The notes beneath the pieces are model-generated. The model made no database searches. It was given only the letters and a program-made list of their open reading frames with translations, and had not been told where the DNA came from. Source: Spirochaetota bacterium (GTDB lineage: Bacteria; Spirochaetota; UBA4802; UBA5550). Taken from it: DNA of 64,000 bases. Shown one piece after another: positions 39,701-49,168 of this stretch. Position 1 is the stretch's first letter, and each line of letters starts with the position of its first letter. A program made the translations under genes and the position numbers. Where the stretch lies: NCBI GenBank assembly GCA_050298055.1, contig JBNKTL010000017.1, forward strand, positions 14,920 to 78,919, given 5' to 3'.

Positions 39701-40666
39701 ATACGCGATTATGTAAAAAGAAAAACAACAAAGCGTCCGCTTTCTATCGCGGTCTTTGGTGAGCCCGGTTCAGGGAAATCGTTTACTGTTACCCAGATTG
39801 TAAAAAACCTGCAGGGGGTCAAAAGCGAGATCCTTGAATTTAACCTTTCCCAGATGTATTCACTCAATGACCTTATGGAAGCCTTTCACCTGATCCAGGA
39901 TGCCGGACAGCGTGACAGGCTCCCCGTTGTTTTCTGGGACGAATTTGACTGTGAATTCAACGAAAATATCTTCGGGTGGCTTAAAAACTTTTTAGCGCCC
40001 ATGCAGGACGGTATGTACCTGAAGGACGGCAAAGACCACTATTTCGGCCAGGCAATTTTTATTTTTGCCGGTGGCATATGTTCAAATGATATTGTCTTTA
40101 AAGCTCTTAGGGTTGCAAAACAAGACGTTAATAAATATCTTGCTGATACATATCAAGATATTGATGGAGAGATACTAGAACAATATGCCCGTGAAGCAAC
40201 TTCAATTTTAAAAGACATAAATTCTACGAAGATCAAAACCCTGAAATTACCGGATTTTATCAGCCGGCTAAAGCTCACCTATACGGTCCCGACAAGTAGG
40301 ATTAGTGATTTAAACAAAAAAATTTTTAACACAAGTGAAAATATTAATGATACAAAACTGGAGGGCAAGGAAGCTGCAATTATCTTTCGCAGGGCAAGTC
40401 TCATCAGAAACCAACTGGCAAGCCATGCCGGACACCTCAAGACTATGGACTTTAAGGCCTTTCATCGACTGTTGCTCTCAGATAGATATGCATGTGCCCG
40501 TGATCTTGAAAGCGCCATTGAGGCAAGCACCCTGGCAGACGTGGAAAACTTCGGACTCAGCGCCCTTCCATTGTCTCAGGAAAGTGACAATGAAATTAAG
40601 TTAAACAAATTAGTAATAGACTATGGTAAAAAAGAGATTACTTTGAACAACCTTAACCGGACCTGA
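36788..40666 (+). CDS. multidomain HAD phosphatase / PfkB-like / P-loop ATPase protein
   Basis: GGAGG RBS; IFDADDTL...IGNSLKNDI (HAD); CIGDF...GGAML (PfkB-like start); PLSIAVFGEPGSGKS and VFWDEFD, LAPMQDG, IFIFAGG. Confidence 0.85.
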   Translation: MGKYIKDSRILDEEDKKTILIFDADDTLWESSKHWRDIKIDIAHEIINVLFKNKNKIVMDYLDLAKEKLKENSEELKIDLKDYLRKHELKSFKNSIKEKILIDRIQLYIQQDDKTEYIKEFIVSLEKLVIDKYDKDSFKILIELFIIYFNFREEKNHSNKARGIDNFRTVLLEIVKELFDENDEIIWIESYVNKKIHELESIRYTAKDGVRSALSILKKTHHLAILSQGSPYEINSKLKTSGLNVFFDNNNIVLDFNKNSDFKELKNEIPHTKEIFYIGNSLKNDILPAFKAGFRTIFYPNSNTWINDDVVDNENFTDIKTYLIRTPMEIMSIVNIKNEEKLKKLLKYDSHTKTIKYLENGKTNEITIYNFCTQKGLIFCIGDFIHEMFVIPKSIAYESVRRHSEIHRGTENDILPIQQYGGAMLSQSLLNVLNTGENEYIVKSPPCIDVNQAERLYPWQTGTVIDKENKDRLYNQQIFYLKKNQFNDNLIENGSTFRVETLLTRTYAEDIYARLYKCIKNHNDKGKLETKLSDFFDNESSMNSILNKCNNDLCIHSCERNSAEHNKNGLIEKLSRELSDRSEGKTQDGILFNIFKKNFSCYHYKNCDDQLEDISSLYSNNENSYLVIDYFSDQNRNKNKDNIAIKKLFENKEINNFNTIFIKCNDPIEAITLSYKIDNIWIIGNITNLFNKSGTHYYSWEALIEAVIKELETYENGSIIKVENCFNLVLLCKNEGCIYIEKKRNENTFHMHTFIDPFNQYGTFSASNYGWVAGFQNIFITKFVHSFVSEKSIDHVNSVGDAWKYARAVFLLGYGSIELIENNEIDKIPSLIPVAENLKTVKEIMTKCDEELTDFEKKFRDYVQDVLQYSVNVDMKRDDQMFQQEGNEGKVYHYSKNFSLLCKYRLSLKQAFIISEKIIELGPDALNNDIYFEPGKEPDKKISFRIPFLKIGNHISIFRKEIEEVNLIYTVIRDYVKRKTTKRPLSIAVFGEPGSGKSFTVTQIVKNLQGVKSEILEFNLSQMYSLNDLMEAFHLIQDAGQRDRLPVVFWDEFDCEFNENIFGWLKNFLAPMQDGMYLKDGKDHYFGQAIFIFAGGICSNDIVFKALRVAKQDVNKYLADTYQDIDGEILEQYAREATSILKDINSTKIKTLKLPDFISRLKLTYTVPTSRISDLNKKIFNTSENINDTKLEGKEAAIIFRRASLIRNQLASHAGHLKTMDFKAFHRLLLSDRYACARDLESAIEASTLADVENFGLSALPLSQESDNEIKLNKLVIDYGKKEITLNNLNRT

Positions 40667-40882
40667 CAGTGTAAATGATCCGCGGGAAGAGCCATCCCCG
40701 ACTGCGCGGTTCCTGGACCGATACTGTCATAAAACCGGTTTTATCTATGAGGCCCGACATATCTTTTTTTTCAGCCGGGAGTGAAAAAGCCGGGAAGCTG
40801 GTTTTCAATTTATCGAATGTTTTATGAATCTTAGCGTTGAATTTATATTGACAGTTATTTTTTAGGAACCTAACATGGAGAT

Positions 40883-41788
40883 GTGATGTGGCATATCTCT
40901 TCTCTGACTGCGTTTTTAATTATCATAACACTTGTTCCTGTGAGTGGCGCGGAACCGGCTGCTCACAGAAGCACGCAGAAGCAGGTTGAAGCTGCCGGAA
41001 GCCTGCTGAAGATCATTTCCCTTGTTCCCGGAGAAGGGAAGCCTGTAAGCGGCAGGTCGATGCTGAAGGCAGAGGTTTCGGTTGATATCCCCGGATTTAC
41101 ACCGGATGATCAGTACCTGCTTCGGGTCTACATGAGGAGTATGAAAAAGGGACAGCCGGGGAAGTACTTTGTGGACACCTATGATATTACGTCACGTAAA
41201 AATCATATGTACATCATTGTTCCCATTAACAAAGTCCTGGGAGGTTTCGGGAAGGGTGAGGTGGGTGTGGACTTTTCAGTGGCCCGGAAAAAGAGGGGCC
41301 TTTACGCACCGCTGCATATTATGACAACGGTTACAAAAAAGTATATAAACACCGGGGAGGGGATCTCCCCGGAAAGCCGGAGAATCAACTGGGAGAGAAG
41401 AACGGATTCTTTAGACACGGGGAATGATTCCTTCGGCAATATCGAACCTGTTGTCATGAAGATCCGGGACCTGAATAAAACTGCCGGTTCAACCATCCAG
41501 CCCGGCGGGGAGATCACCGGAACCGTGGATTACCGTATACCCGGGTATTCAGGGACCCGGCGGTACATCATCTACCTCTATGAGATCACAGGCGGCAATT
41601 ACCGTCTGGTCAAAAAATTCCGCATACCTTCGGGAAGCGGCAGCATTCCCTTCAGCTATACCTCTCCTTCCGGGGGAAGAGGTGACGGGGATTTAACCAT
41701 CAGGTTCGTGGTGAACAGGTACTCACGGATGGGCTTTCTCCCCGTCTTTACCTGTGATGCCGTCCGGTATAGGACCGGGAAGCATTAG
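40883..41788 (+). CDS. secreted hypothetical protein with two Ig-like repeats
   Basis: Signal peptide; two similar beta-rich halves (V..DIPGF / VDYRIPGY). Confidence 0.6.
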   Translation: MMWHISSLTAFLIIITLVPVSGAEPAAHRSTQKQVEAAGSLLKIISLVPGEGKPVSGRSMLKAEVSVDIPGFTPDDQYLLRVYMRSMKKGQPGKYFVDTYDITSRKNHMYIIVPINKVLGGFGKGEVGVDFSVARKKRGLYAPLHIMTTVTKKYINTGEGISPESRRINWERRTDSLDTGNDSFGNIEPVVMKIRDLNKTAGSTIQPGGEITGTVDYRIPGYSGTRRYIIYLYEITGGNYRLVKKFRIPSGSGSIPFSYTSPSGGRGDGDLTIRFVVNRYSRMGFLPVFTCDAVRYRTGKH

Positions 41789-42217
41789 TCTGCCGGCGGC
41801 TCCCGGAGGGAGGTGCATACCGGGCCGGGGACTGCTCCCGTATCCCGGCATTGTTTTTTTACCTCTGTAAAATTCTTCTTTTTCAACCGCGCATCGTCAA
41901 AATGGGCTCTTCCCGTAAGCTTAATGGGATGATGCTCTCTCTCCGGTTTAATTAAAGTGAAGCCGGTAAAGTCCCGTATAGTCACGGCTCTATATATACT
42001 TGTTGACAGAAGGAATACCGGATATATACTGCCTGGAGAATCAGCGAACATTTTATTATTACAATTATCGGTACAATTTATTTGTATTTTGCCTTCCTGA
42101 GGTAACTGTCTGGAATAAGTTACCAATCATTTGAGTAAAAATTAAATTTGTAAGCCCTCTGAATATTGTTTTCTCTCAATAAGCCGTTTATGTCATGAAC
42201 AGTAAAATTGCATATAA

Positions 42218-43366
42218 ATGAATATACTTCAGATAGCCACACTGAACCGGCCCATTAAGCAGGACCTGGGTTACGGCCCTATTGAAGCGGTTATTTATAA
42301 CATTGATAAAGGTCTGCATAAATTGGGTCACCGTTCTCTTGTTGCCTGTTCCGGTGATTCAAAAGTTTTCGGAGAACAATACTCCACCATAGAGAAGAGT
42401 TTCAGTGAATACCACAGTACAAATACCCGGGAACAGCGGAAAAATATGCGCAGGCATCTTCTCCTCTCCCTTGAAAGGGCGAAAAAGTGTGATATTGATA
42501 TCATCCATATACATGACGCCGCCATGGTTGAATATATTTTTAACGGAGTTGTTAAAAGTCCTGTTCCCATTGTGATGACACTCCATGTGCCTGCAAAAGA
42601 CAAAGGGCCATTCAGGCTGTGGAATGAGTCGCTTATTTCCACTTCCCGGGTGTTTTTTGTCCCGATCAGTGAATACCAGAAAAAACAACACAATGGATTA
42701 ATGAACATTCAGAATGTTATCCACCACGGTATTGATGTGGAGGACTATCCCTTTAAATCTGGCTCCGGTAAACAGGAATATCTGTTCTCCATCGGAAGGA
42801 TCACAAAGGATAAAGGGCAGGATATCGCAATCGAGATCGCGAAAAAAACCGGCAACCGGCTCATCATTGCCGGTAATGTTCAGAACAAAAAAAAAGACAG
42901 GGCATTCTTCAACAGTATCATAGAATCAATCGACCTTGTGACTGATCTGCCTGAACCCTGTGACGATAACGACTATTATGAAAAGATCATGAAACCGATT
43001 CTGGATTCGGATCACCAGATCATCTATATCGGAGAAGTCAATACCGCCCGGAAAATGCTCTGGTACATGCATGCAAAGGCGACGCTTTTTCCCATACAAT
43101 GGGGAGAACCCTTCGGGCTTGTGCTGATCGAATCAATGGCCTCCGGTACGCCGGTTGTGGCCTTCAATAAAGGCTCGGTGCCTGAAATTGTTATTCATGA
43201 AAAAACCGGTTTTGTGGTAGATTCAATAGATGAAATGGTCAATGCGGTGAGTGAGATCGGTATTATCAAACACCATGACTGCCGAAGTCACATTAAAGAG
43301 AATTTTTCAATTTTAAGTATGGCTGAAAAATATTCAGAGCTGTATCAATCTGTTATGGAGAAGTAA
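42218..43366 (+). CDS. glycosyltransferase family 4
   Basis: YGPIE, IHHGID, GRITKDKG, PIQWGEPFGLVLIESMASGTPV. Confidence 0.92.
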   Translation: MNILQIATLNRPIKQDLGYGPIEAVIYNIDKGLHKLGHRSLVACSGDSKVFGEQYSTIEKSFSEYHSTNTREQRKNMRRHLLLSLERAKKCDIDIIHIHDAAMVEYIFNGVVKSPVPIVMTLHVPAKDKGPFRLWNESLISTSRVFFVPISEYQKKQHNGLMNIQNVIHHGIDVEDYPFKSGSGKQEYLFSIGRITKDKGQDIAIEIAKKTGNRLIIAGNVQNKKKDRAFFNSIIESIDLVTDLPEPCDDNDYYEKIMKPILDSDHQIIYIGEVNTARKMLWYMHAKATLFPIQWGEPFGLVLIESMASGTPVVAFNKGSVPEIVIHEKTGFVVDSIDEMVNAVSEIGIIKHHDCRSHIKENFSILSMAEKYSELYQSVMEK

Positions 43367-43371
43367 AATTA

Positions 43372-45333
43372 ATGCCCAGAGATATCCCTGTCAGTAACGG
43401 TTCTTTCCTTTTGAATTTTGATCCGGATTACCAGATCAGAGATGTTTATTATCCTTTTATCGGACAGGAAAACCATTCCAGCGGGAATCCTTTTCTCTTT
43501 GGGGTATGGGTGGATGGGAAGTATTCGCGCATGGGACCGGAGTGGGAAAAAGATCTGCGATACCGGGATAACAGTCTTATAACAAACGTTTATCTCAAAA
43601 ATGACGATCTGGGCCTGACAATTCGATGCTCCGATGTTGTGGATATGGATTTAAACATCTACATCAAAAAAATCGAAGTTACCAACCTTGAAGGGAAGAA
43701 CCGACAGGTCCGGCTTTTTTTCAGTCATGAATTTAATCTCTATGGGAATGATATCGGAGGCACAGCTTATTTTGATCCCCGGAGCTGTTCAATCATCCAT
43801 TATAAAGTCAACCGGTATTTTCTTATAAGCTGCTGGGCCCATGACCAGTGGGGAATGAAACATTTTTCCTGCGGGAGAAGAAATGCTTCGGGTAGTTTAG
43901 AGACCATTAAAGAGACGGAGGAGGGAAAACTCAGCGGGAATCCTTCCGCATGGGGTTCGCCTCATTCCACTATCGGCATCTGGCTGGATTTGACAGGCGG
44001 GGGAACAGAAACCACCTATTACTGGATAGCGGCGGGGAAGACCTATTCCCAGGTGGCAGATCTCAACATGGCGGTCCACAAGATCACCCCGGAAGAACTT
44101 CTCATCCGCTCATCAAAATACTGGAAGACATGGGTGCAGGAAACCTCCCAGGATTTTCATAATCTTCCCCGATCGGTCACTGAAGTTTATAAACGAAGCC
44201 TGCTTATATTGAGAACACAAATTGACAATCGCGGCGCCATAATTGCAGCCAATGATTCGGATATTATCCGTTTTGGAAAGGATACCTATTCGTATATGTG
44301 GGGACGGGACGGGGCTTTTGTTGCCGCCGCCCTGGCAAAGGCCGGTTACTCCCATGTCTGTATGAAGTATTTTAATTTTTGCGCCCGTATTTTATCCAGT
44401 GACGGGTACCTGTTTCAGCATTATAATCCCGACGGATCCCTTGCCAGTAACTGGCATCCCTGGCTTGTGGATGGGAACGAGGTCCTTCCTATCCAGGAAG
44501 ATTCCACCGCTCTGACCCTGTGGGCACTCTGGATACACTACCGGAGCCTGAAGGATGTTGAATTCATCAAACCTCTCTACCGCACACTCATCATAAAGGC
44601 CGCTGATTTCTTAGTAAGTTACCGGGACCCTCAAACCCTGCTGCCTTTACCCTCCTATGATCTCTGGGAGGAACGCTATGAACTGCACACCTATACCGCC
44701 GCGACAGTGGTCGCGGGGCTCAGGGCTGCAGCTCATTTTTCAGAACTCTTTCAGGATACCTCACTGGCAGATAAGTATAACAGGGCGGCTGATGAAATAA
44801 CAGCAGGGATTGAACAATACCTTTATCATAAGGGGCTTAAACGCTTTGCCCGTTCAGGTTCCCGGACAGACGGCGGGTATAAGCTGGATGAAGTCATTGA
44901 TATCAGTCTTTTAAGCCTGGCGACTCTGGGAGTTCTGGATCCCGGAGATACGAAAATGATTGAAACGGCAGATGCCGTACATGAGAACCTGTGGCTGAAA
45001 ACCCCGACGGGAGGTTGCGCCCGGTACCAGGGAGATCTCTACCAGCGTACGGAAGACAGCCCCGGGGAGATTCCCGGGAACCCGTGGTTTATAGCTACAC
45101 TCTGGCTGGCCGAATATTATATTGACCGGGCTGAGAACCGGCAACAGCTCCACGCTGCTGTTCCTTATCTTGAATGGTGTGTAAAAAATGCCCTCCCTTC
45201 GGGAGTGCTGGCCGAGCAGGTGCACCCTCTGAACGGTTCTCCACTCTGTGTTTCTCCTCTCACCTGGAGCCATTCCGCCTTTGCCTGGACAGTTCTGCGT
45301 TACATTGAAAAGATCAGGGGGTTTGAGGTTTAA
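43372..45333 (+). CDS. glycoside hydrolase family 15 (glucoamylase-like)
   Basis: GAIIAA, YSYMWGRDG, QEDSTA, YDLWEE, LAEQV..., SPLTWSH. Confidence 0.92.
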   Translation: MPRDIPVSNGSFLLNFDPDYQIRDVYYPFIGQENHSSGNPFLFGVWVDGKYSRMGPEWEKDLRYRDNSLITNVYLKNDDLGLTIRCSDVVDMDLNIYIKKIEVTNLEGKNRQVRLFFSHEFNLYGNDIGGTAYFDPRSCSIIHYKVNRYFLISCWAHDQWGMKHFSCGRRNASGSLETIKETEEGKLSGNPSAWGSPHSTIGIWLDLTGGGTETTYYWIAAGKTYSQVADLNMAVHKITPEELLIRSSKYWKTWVQETSQDFHNLPRSVTEVYKRSLLILRTQIDNRGAIIAANDSDIIRFGKDTYSYMWGRDGAFVAAALAKAGYSHVCMKYFNFCARILSSDGYLFQHYNPDGSLASNWHPWLVDGNEVLPIQEDSTALTLWALWIHYRSLKDVEFIKPLYRTLIIKAADFLVSYRDPQTLLPLPSYDLWEERYELHTYTAATVVAGLRAAAHFSELFQDTSLADKYNRAADEITAGIEQYLYHKGLKRFARSGSRTDGGYKLDEVIDISLLSLATLGVLDPGDTKMIETADAVHENLWLKTPTGGCARYQGDLYQRTEDSPGEIPGNPWFIATLWLAEYYIDRAENRQQLHAAVPYLEWCVKNALPSGVLAEQVHPLNGSPLCVSPLTWSHSAFAWTVLRYIEKIRGFEV

Positions 45334-45381
45334 CAACCCGGTGGCGGCTAAAAAACAGGGCAGGGAGAAGAATTTCCTCCA

Positions 45382-47304
45382 TTATTCCGAGTACATACGG
45401 GCAATGGTATTTTTGTAATTGTCCAAAATAACTTTTCTTTTTACTTTAAGAGTTGGTGTCATCTCACCTGTTTCTTCAGTAAATTTTTTCGATAAAACAG
45501 TATATTTTTTCACCTGTTCAAAATCAGATAATTCCCTGTTTACTTTTTGGATATCTTCATCAATAAGAGCCTTTATTTTTTTGTCTGCGATCAGCTCTTC
45601 ACCGACTTTAATGCAGAGGGGGGCGGGGCCGTCATAATTATATTCAAGGGCCTTTTTGTCATACTCAATCCCATTGGTATCACAATAAGCGATAAGTTCG
45701 TTAAAGTCAGGGACAACAAGGGCGGAAACATATTTTTTATCATCGCCAACAGGAAAACAGATATCAATCCATTTGCTCAGAGAGAAAAGTGACTCAATGC
45801 GGGCAGAGGCTACATTTTTCCCCGTGTCAAGAACCATGATGCCTTTTTTCCGATCAATGATGCGGATAAATCCTTCAGCCACTTCCTCCACAATATCACC
45901 GGTTTTAAAAAAGCCGTCCTCTGTAAAGGCTTCCCCGGTTGCTTCTTCATTGTTCCAATAGCCAAGAAAGAGATTTTCTCCCCGGACAAGCCATTCACCG
46001 TCATCAGCGATTTTTCCCTCAACACAGTCAGGAAGCATTCCAACTGAGCCGGGAAGAATTTTTCCCTCTCTGTTAAGGTTAATGGTGTTCCATGTCTCTG
46101 TGAGCCCGTAGCCCTCCATGATGATAATGCCCATTGCCAGAAAGGCTTTACACAGATCAGCGGGAAGAGAGCCCGCGGCAGAAAAGGCCCCGCGGAAACG
46201 GCCTCCAAAGCGGTCCCGCACCCGGGAAAAGACCAGACGGTCATAGAGACGATAGCGCAACTTAAGAAAAATGCCGGCCTTTTCAGTAATGTCCCTGTTC
46301 TCTTCTATTGGCAGAATACCATGTTCACCTGCAATTGTTTCCATGACCTGGAGCCCTGTTTTCATTGCCCGGTTAAATATTGCCGTTTTCACAGGTGATG
46401 CGGAGGCCATTGCCCGCATTGCCATATAGATTCTCTCATAGATTCTTGGTACAGATACGAATATGTGGGGCCTGAATATCTGCAGGTCCTGTACAATGGT
46501 CTTTGGTGTTGAATATGCGATTGTTGAGACTGACATCATGGCGCAGCCATGGCCGCATTCCCGTTCATAAGTATGAGAAAGCGGGAGGAAAGAGAGGAAA
46601 ACATTTTCTTCAGGGAAAGCAGGGGCTATTTTCAGGTCACGGCATATGGCGGTATTGAACCCAAGATGGCTGTGCATGGCGCCTTTTGGTATGCCGGTGG
46701 TCCCGGATGTGTAAACAATGGTCATGAGGTCTGTGATTTCTACGGACCGCCACCGCTTTTCAAAGCAGCTCCGGTCTGACGCAAGTCTGTGGACCCCCAG
46801 TTCTCTCAACTGTTTTATACTCATGACACGATTGTCACTGGTTTCAAAATCATCGTTAAAAAGAACAACCTTCTCTAACCCCGGTATCTGGTCCCAGACA
46901 TTTATGATCTTTTTCAGCTGTTCATTTCCCTGAACATAGAGAATCTTTGATCCGGAATCCTTTAATATATAAGCTGTTTCATTTTCAGTCAGGGTGGGAT
47001 AGATGCATACGGTGACTCCTGCAGCGGATAGAATGGAATAGTCTGCGTGTACCCATTGTGGGCAGGTATGCGCCATAACGGCTGCCCGGTCACCTTTTTC
47101 AAAACCCAGCTCCATGAGGCCGGCTGACAGCTCTTTAACTATCCGCCAGACTTCCGCGTATGTCAATGATTCCAGTGAACCATCTTCATTTTGCCACCAC
47201 TGAAATCTCCTCTGGCCGAAACGAACCGCGTTACGGTTTAAAAGTGCCGGAGCTGTCAATTCCTCAATATACCATTTGTCAGTTGCTTTCGTCATTTCAA
47301 TCAC
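45382..47304 (-). CDS. fadD: long-chain fatty acid--CoA ligase
   Basis: YTSGTTGIPKG, EGYGLTE, FKTGD, IDRKK, TPTLKVKR. Confidence 0.9.
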   Translation of the reverse strand: MIEMTKATDKWYIEELTAPALLNRNAVRFGQRRFQWWQNEDGSLESLTYAEVWRIVKELSAGLMELGFEKGDRAAVMAHTCPQWVHADYSILSAAGVTVCIYPTLTENETAYILKDSGSKILYVQGNEQLKKIINVWDQIPGLEKVVLFNDDFETSDNRVMSIKQLRELGVHRLASDRSCFEKRWRSVEITDLMTIVYTSGTTGIPKGAMHSHLGFNTAICRDLKIAPAFPEENVFLSFLPLSHTYERECGHGCAMMSVSTIAYSTPKTIVQDLQIFRPHIFVSVPRIYERIYMAMRAMASASPVKTAIFNRAMKTGLQVMETIAGEHGILPIEENRDITEKAGIFLKLRYRLYDRLVFSRVRDRFGGRFRGAFSAAGSLPADLCKAFLAMGIIIMEGYGLTETWNTINLNREGKILPGSVGMLPDCVEGKIADDGEWLVRGENLFLGYWNNEEATGEAFTEDGFFKTGDIVEEVAEGFIRIIDRKKGIMVLDTGKNVASARIESLFSLSKWIDICFPVGDDKKYVSALVVPDFNELIAYCDTNGIEYDKKALEYNYDGPAPLCIKVGEELIADKKIKALIDEDIQKVNRELSDFEQVKKYTVLSKKFTEETGEMTPTLKVKRKVILDNYKNTIARMYSE

Positions 47305-47622
47305 CCCGGGTCATGTTTTTTCTTCTTTAATAGAAAAATCTATTTTATAAACTTTTAAGCACAATATATGCATATATATTTTAATATACATTTGTCAACA
47401 GAATAAATATTTATTTCTCACCAATTGTCTGGTGAAAATTTGCTATCCATTGTAAAAAAAAGTATCAAAGGGTATCTCATGAGATACCCGGTATCGGTTA
47501 CCACACTTTTTATCATTCCTTGATAAGCAAAAATCTTTCTTAAAAAAACTTGCAAAAATTGCTTTTTGATGCCGTAAATAAACCATATATGAATTGAATC
47601 ATCAGAACCAGGGATTGACAAT

Positions 47623-47949
47623 ATGAATCGTTTAGAAGCAAAAAAATGGATTTTGAAAAAGTGCGGCGAGGGCTGGCTGGGTCTTATAGATGAAGTCTAT
47701 GATAATCTTCCCCGGGGGATAGAAATTACACAGGTATATCAGAAGTATGCCGGTTTGCGTGTGGATATCAATCCTGAATCCGAATCATTTGAAGATTTTC
47801 TTGCGGATATCGAAGAGAGAAGTTATTCCCTGTGTGAAATCTGCGGTAAAGAGGCAAGCCAGTACGAAATCAACGAGTGGGAATATACCCGGTGTACGGA
47901 CCATTGTGAAAATGGAGTCGACCTCAATGATTTATTTGAAAAGGATTAG
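47623..47949 (+). CDS. small Zn-ribbon hypothetical protein
   Basis: GEGW..LI, QVYQKYAGLR, S..LCEICG...TRC..H. Confidence 0.6.
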   Translation: MNRLEAKKWILKKCGEGWLGLIDEVYDNLPRGIEITQVYQKYAGLRVDINPESESFEDFLADIEERSYSLCEICGKEASQYEINEWEYTRCTDHCENGVDLNDLFEKD

Positions 47950-48023
47950 TATGACGTTAAAAATTTTAAGAACTTTCTGTTATCAAGGTATAAGGATGTA
48001 CGAGATTGTTAAAGTAAAGATAA

Positions 48024-48992
48024 TTAAATATGTATATTGATGCCGGCTAAGCCGGCATTTATTTTTGCATATTCAGCTTTAAAAAGCCTGTATCCAATAA
48101 ATAATTCCAGATGTTTATATGAAATCCCAAGTCTTGATTCAAAGTCTATGAAATTAATATATTCGAAATTTATAGCACCATATTTTATAATGAGAGAGAA
48201 AGGCTTTACTGGGTATGATTTTATTTTAACACCATACGCAACTCCATTTCTTGACAGGATACCCCTGAACATGGCTCTTTGAATATAAAAGTCAGGTGAA
48301 ATATAATCATTTTGAAATACCGGTAAATTAATTCCCAAGGCATAATAATCTAAATGATCTTCATCATCCTTTATTCTCAATAAATCGATCTCCGGACCAA
48401 TTATTTTCCAAAACCGACCGGTAATTTTGCCAAAATATCCGGAGCCATTTTCCTTTGTCCGTAACCCGCCGCCATTTATTGAATAATAATAATTCTTATA
48501 TGTAGTTGTTTCCTTAAGTGATCTGGAAGGTTTTATATTGTCCGTTGATTCAAGAACATCTTTTTGTGTGTTTTTATCAACAAGAGAGTATGTATTATCT
48601 TTTTTTTGAATTGTTTTTAAATGTGATGATGCAGAATTCGCATTTTCATCATTTTTATCAGAAAAAGAAATATCGGTGATTTTATTTTCTTTTTTCTTAA
48701 TGTAGTTTACAAAGTGTTTATCAAAATTTTTGTTATATGGGTAATCTGAATAATAGACACTAAAATTATGCATTGCCCATAAAAGAAAAACGACTTCAGA
48801 AATTTCACCCAGTATATCTCCCAGACATCCTCCATCGGAACTACTTGATGAACTTCCTTTTTTCCTTTTATTTCTCCTTTCCTCTTTTTTTACGTCATCT
48901 TTAAAATCCTTAAGAGAAGCCAGAATAATATTATGAGTAAAAATTATTGTAAAAATAAGGAGAAATGATAATAATTTGTTTTTTCTTTTCAT
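48024..48992 (-). CDS. exported hypothetical protein, probable C-terminal beta-barrel
   Basis: Signal peptide; amphipathic beta strands; AT-rich. Confidence 0.6.
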   Translation of the reverse strand: MKRKNKLLSFLLIFTIIFTHNIILASLKDFKDDVKKEERRNKRKKGSSSSSSDGGCLGDILGEISEVVFLLWAMHNFSVYYSDYPYNKNFDKHFVNYIKKKENKITDISFSDKNDENANSASSHLKTIQKKDNTYSLVDKNTQKDVLESTDNIKPSRSLKETTTYKNYYYSINGGGLRTKENGSGYFGKITGRFWKIIGPEIDLLRIKDDEDHLDYYALGINLPVFQNDYISPDFYIQRAMFRGILSRNGVAYGVKIKSYPVKPFSLIIKYGAINFEYINFIDFESRLGISYKHLELFIGYRLFKAEYAKINAGLAGINIHI

Positions 48993-49168
48993 AAAATATT
49001 AATACAAAATTCTTCCAACCGTCATGGAGGGTTGTAATTAAGTTTTTAAGGCATTGTACTTAACGTCTCCGGATTAAGTACATTCTTCCCTGACCAGGCC
49101 CAGGTCAAATATGTCAGTGCGAATTGCCCGGGACTGCGGGCACAATAGCAACAGGTTAAAACCTGCGG

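Noticed and set aside
41785..42126. 113-aa minus-strand ORF or structured RNA in the intergenic gap
   Set aside because: No protein motif or recognisable riboswitch consensus; only short hairpins
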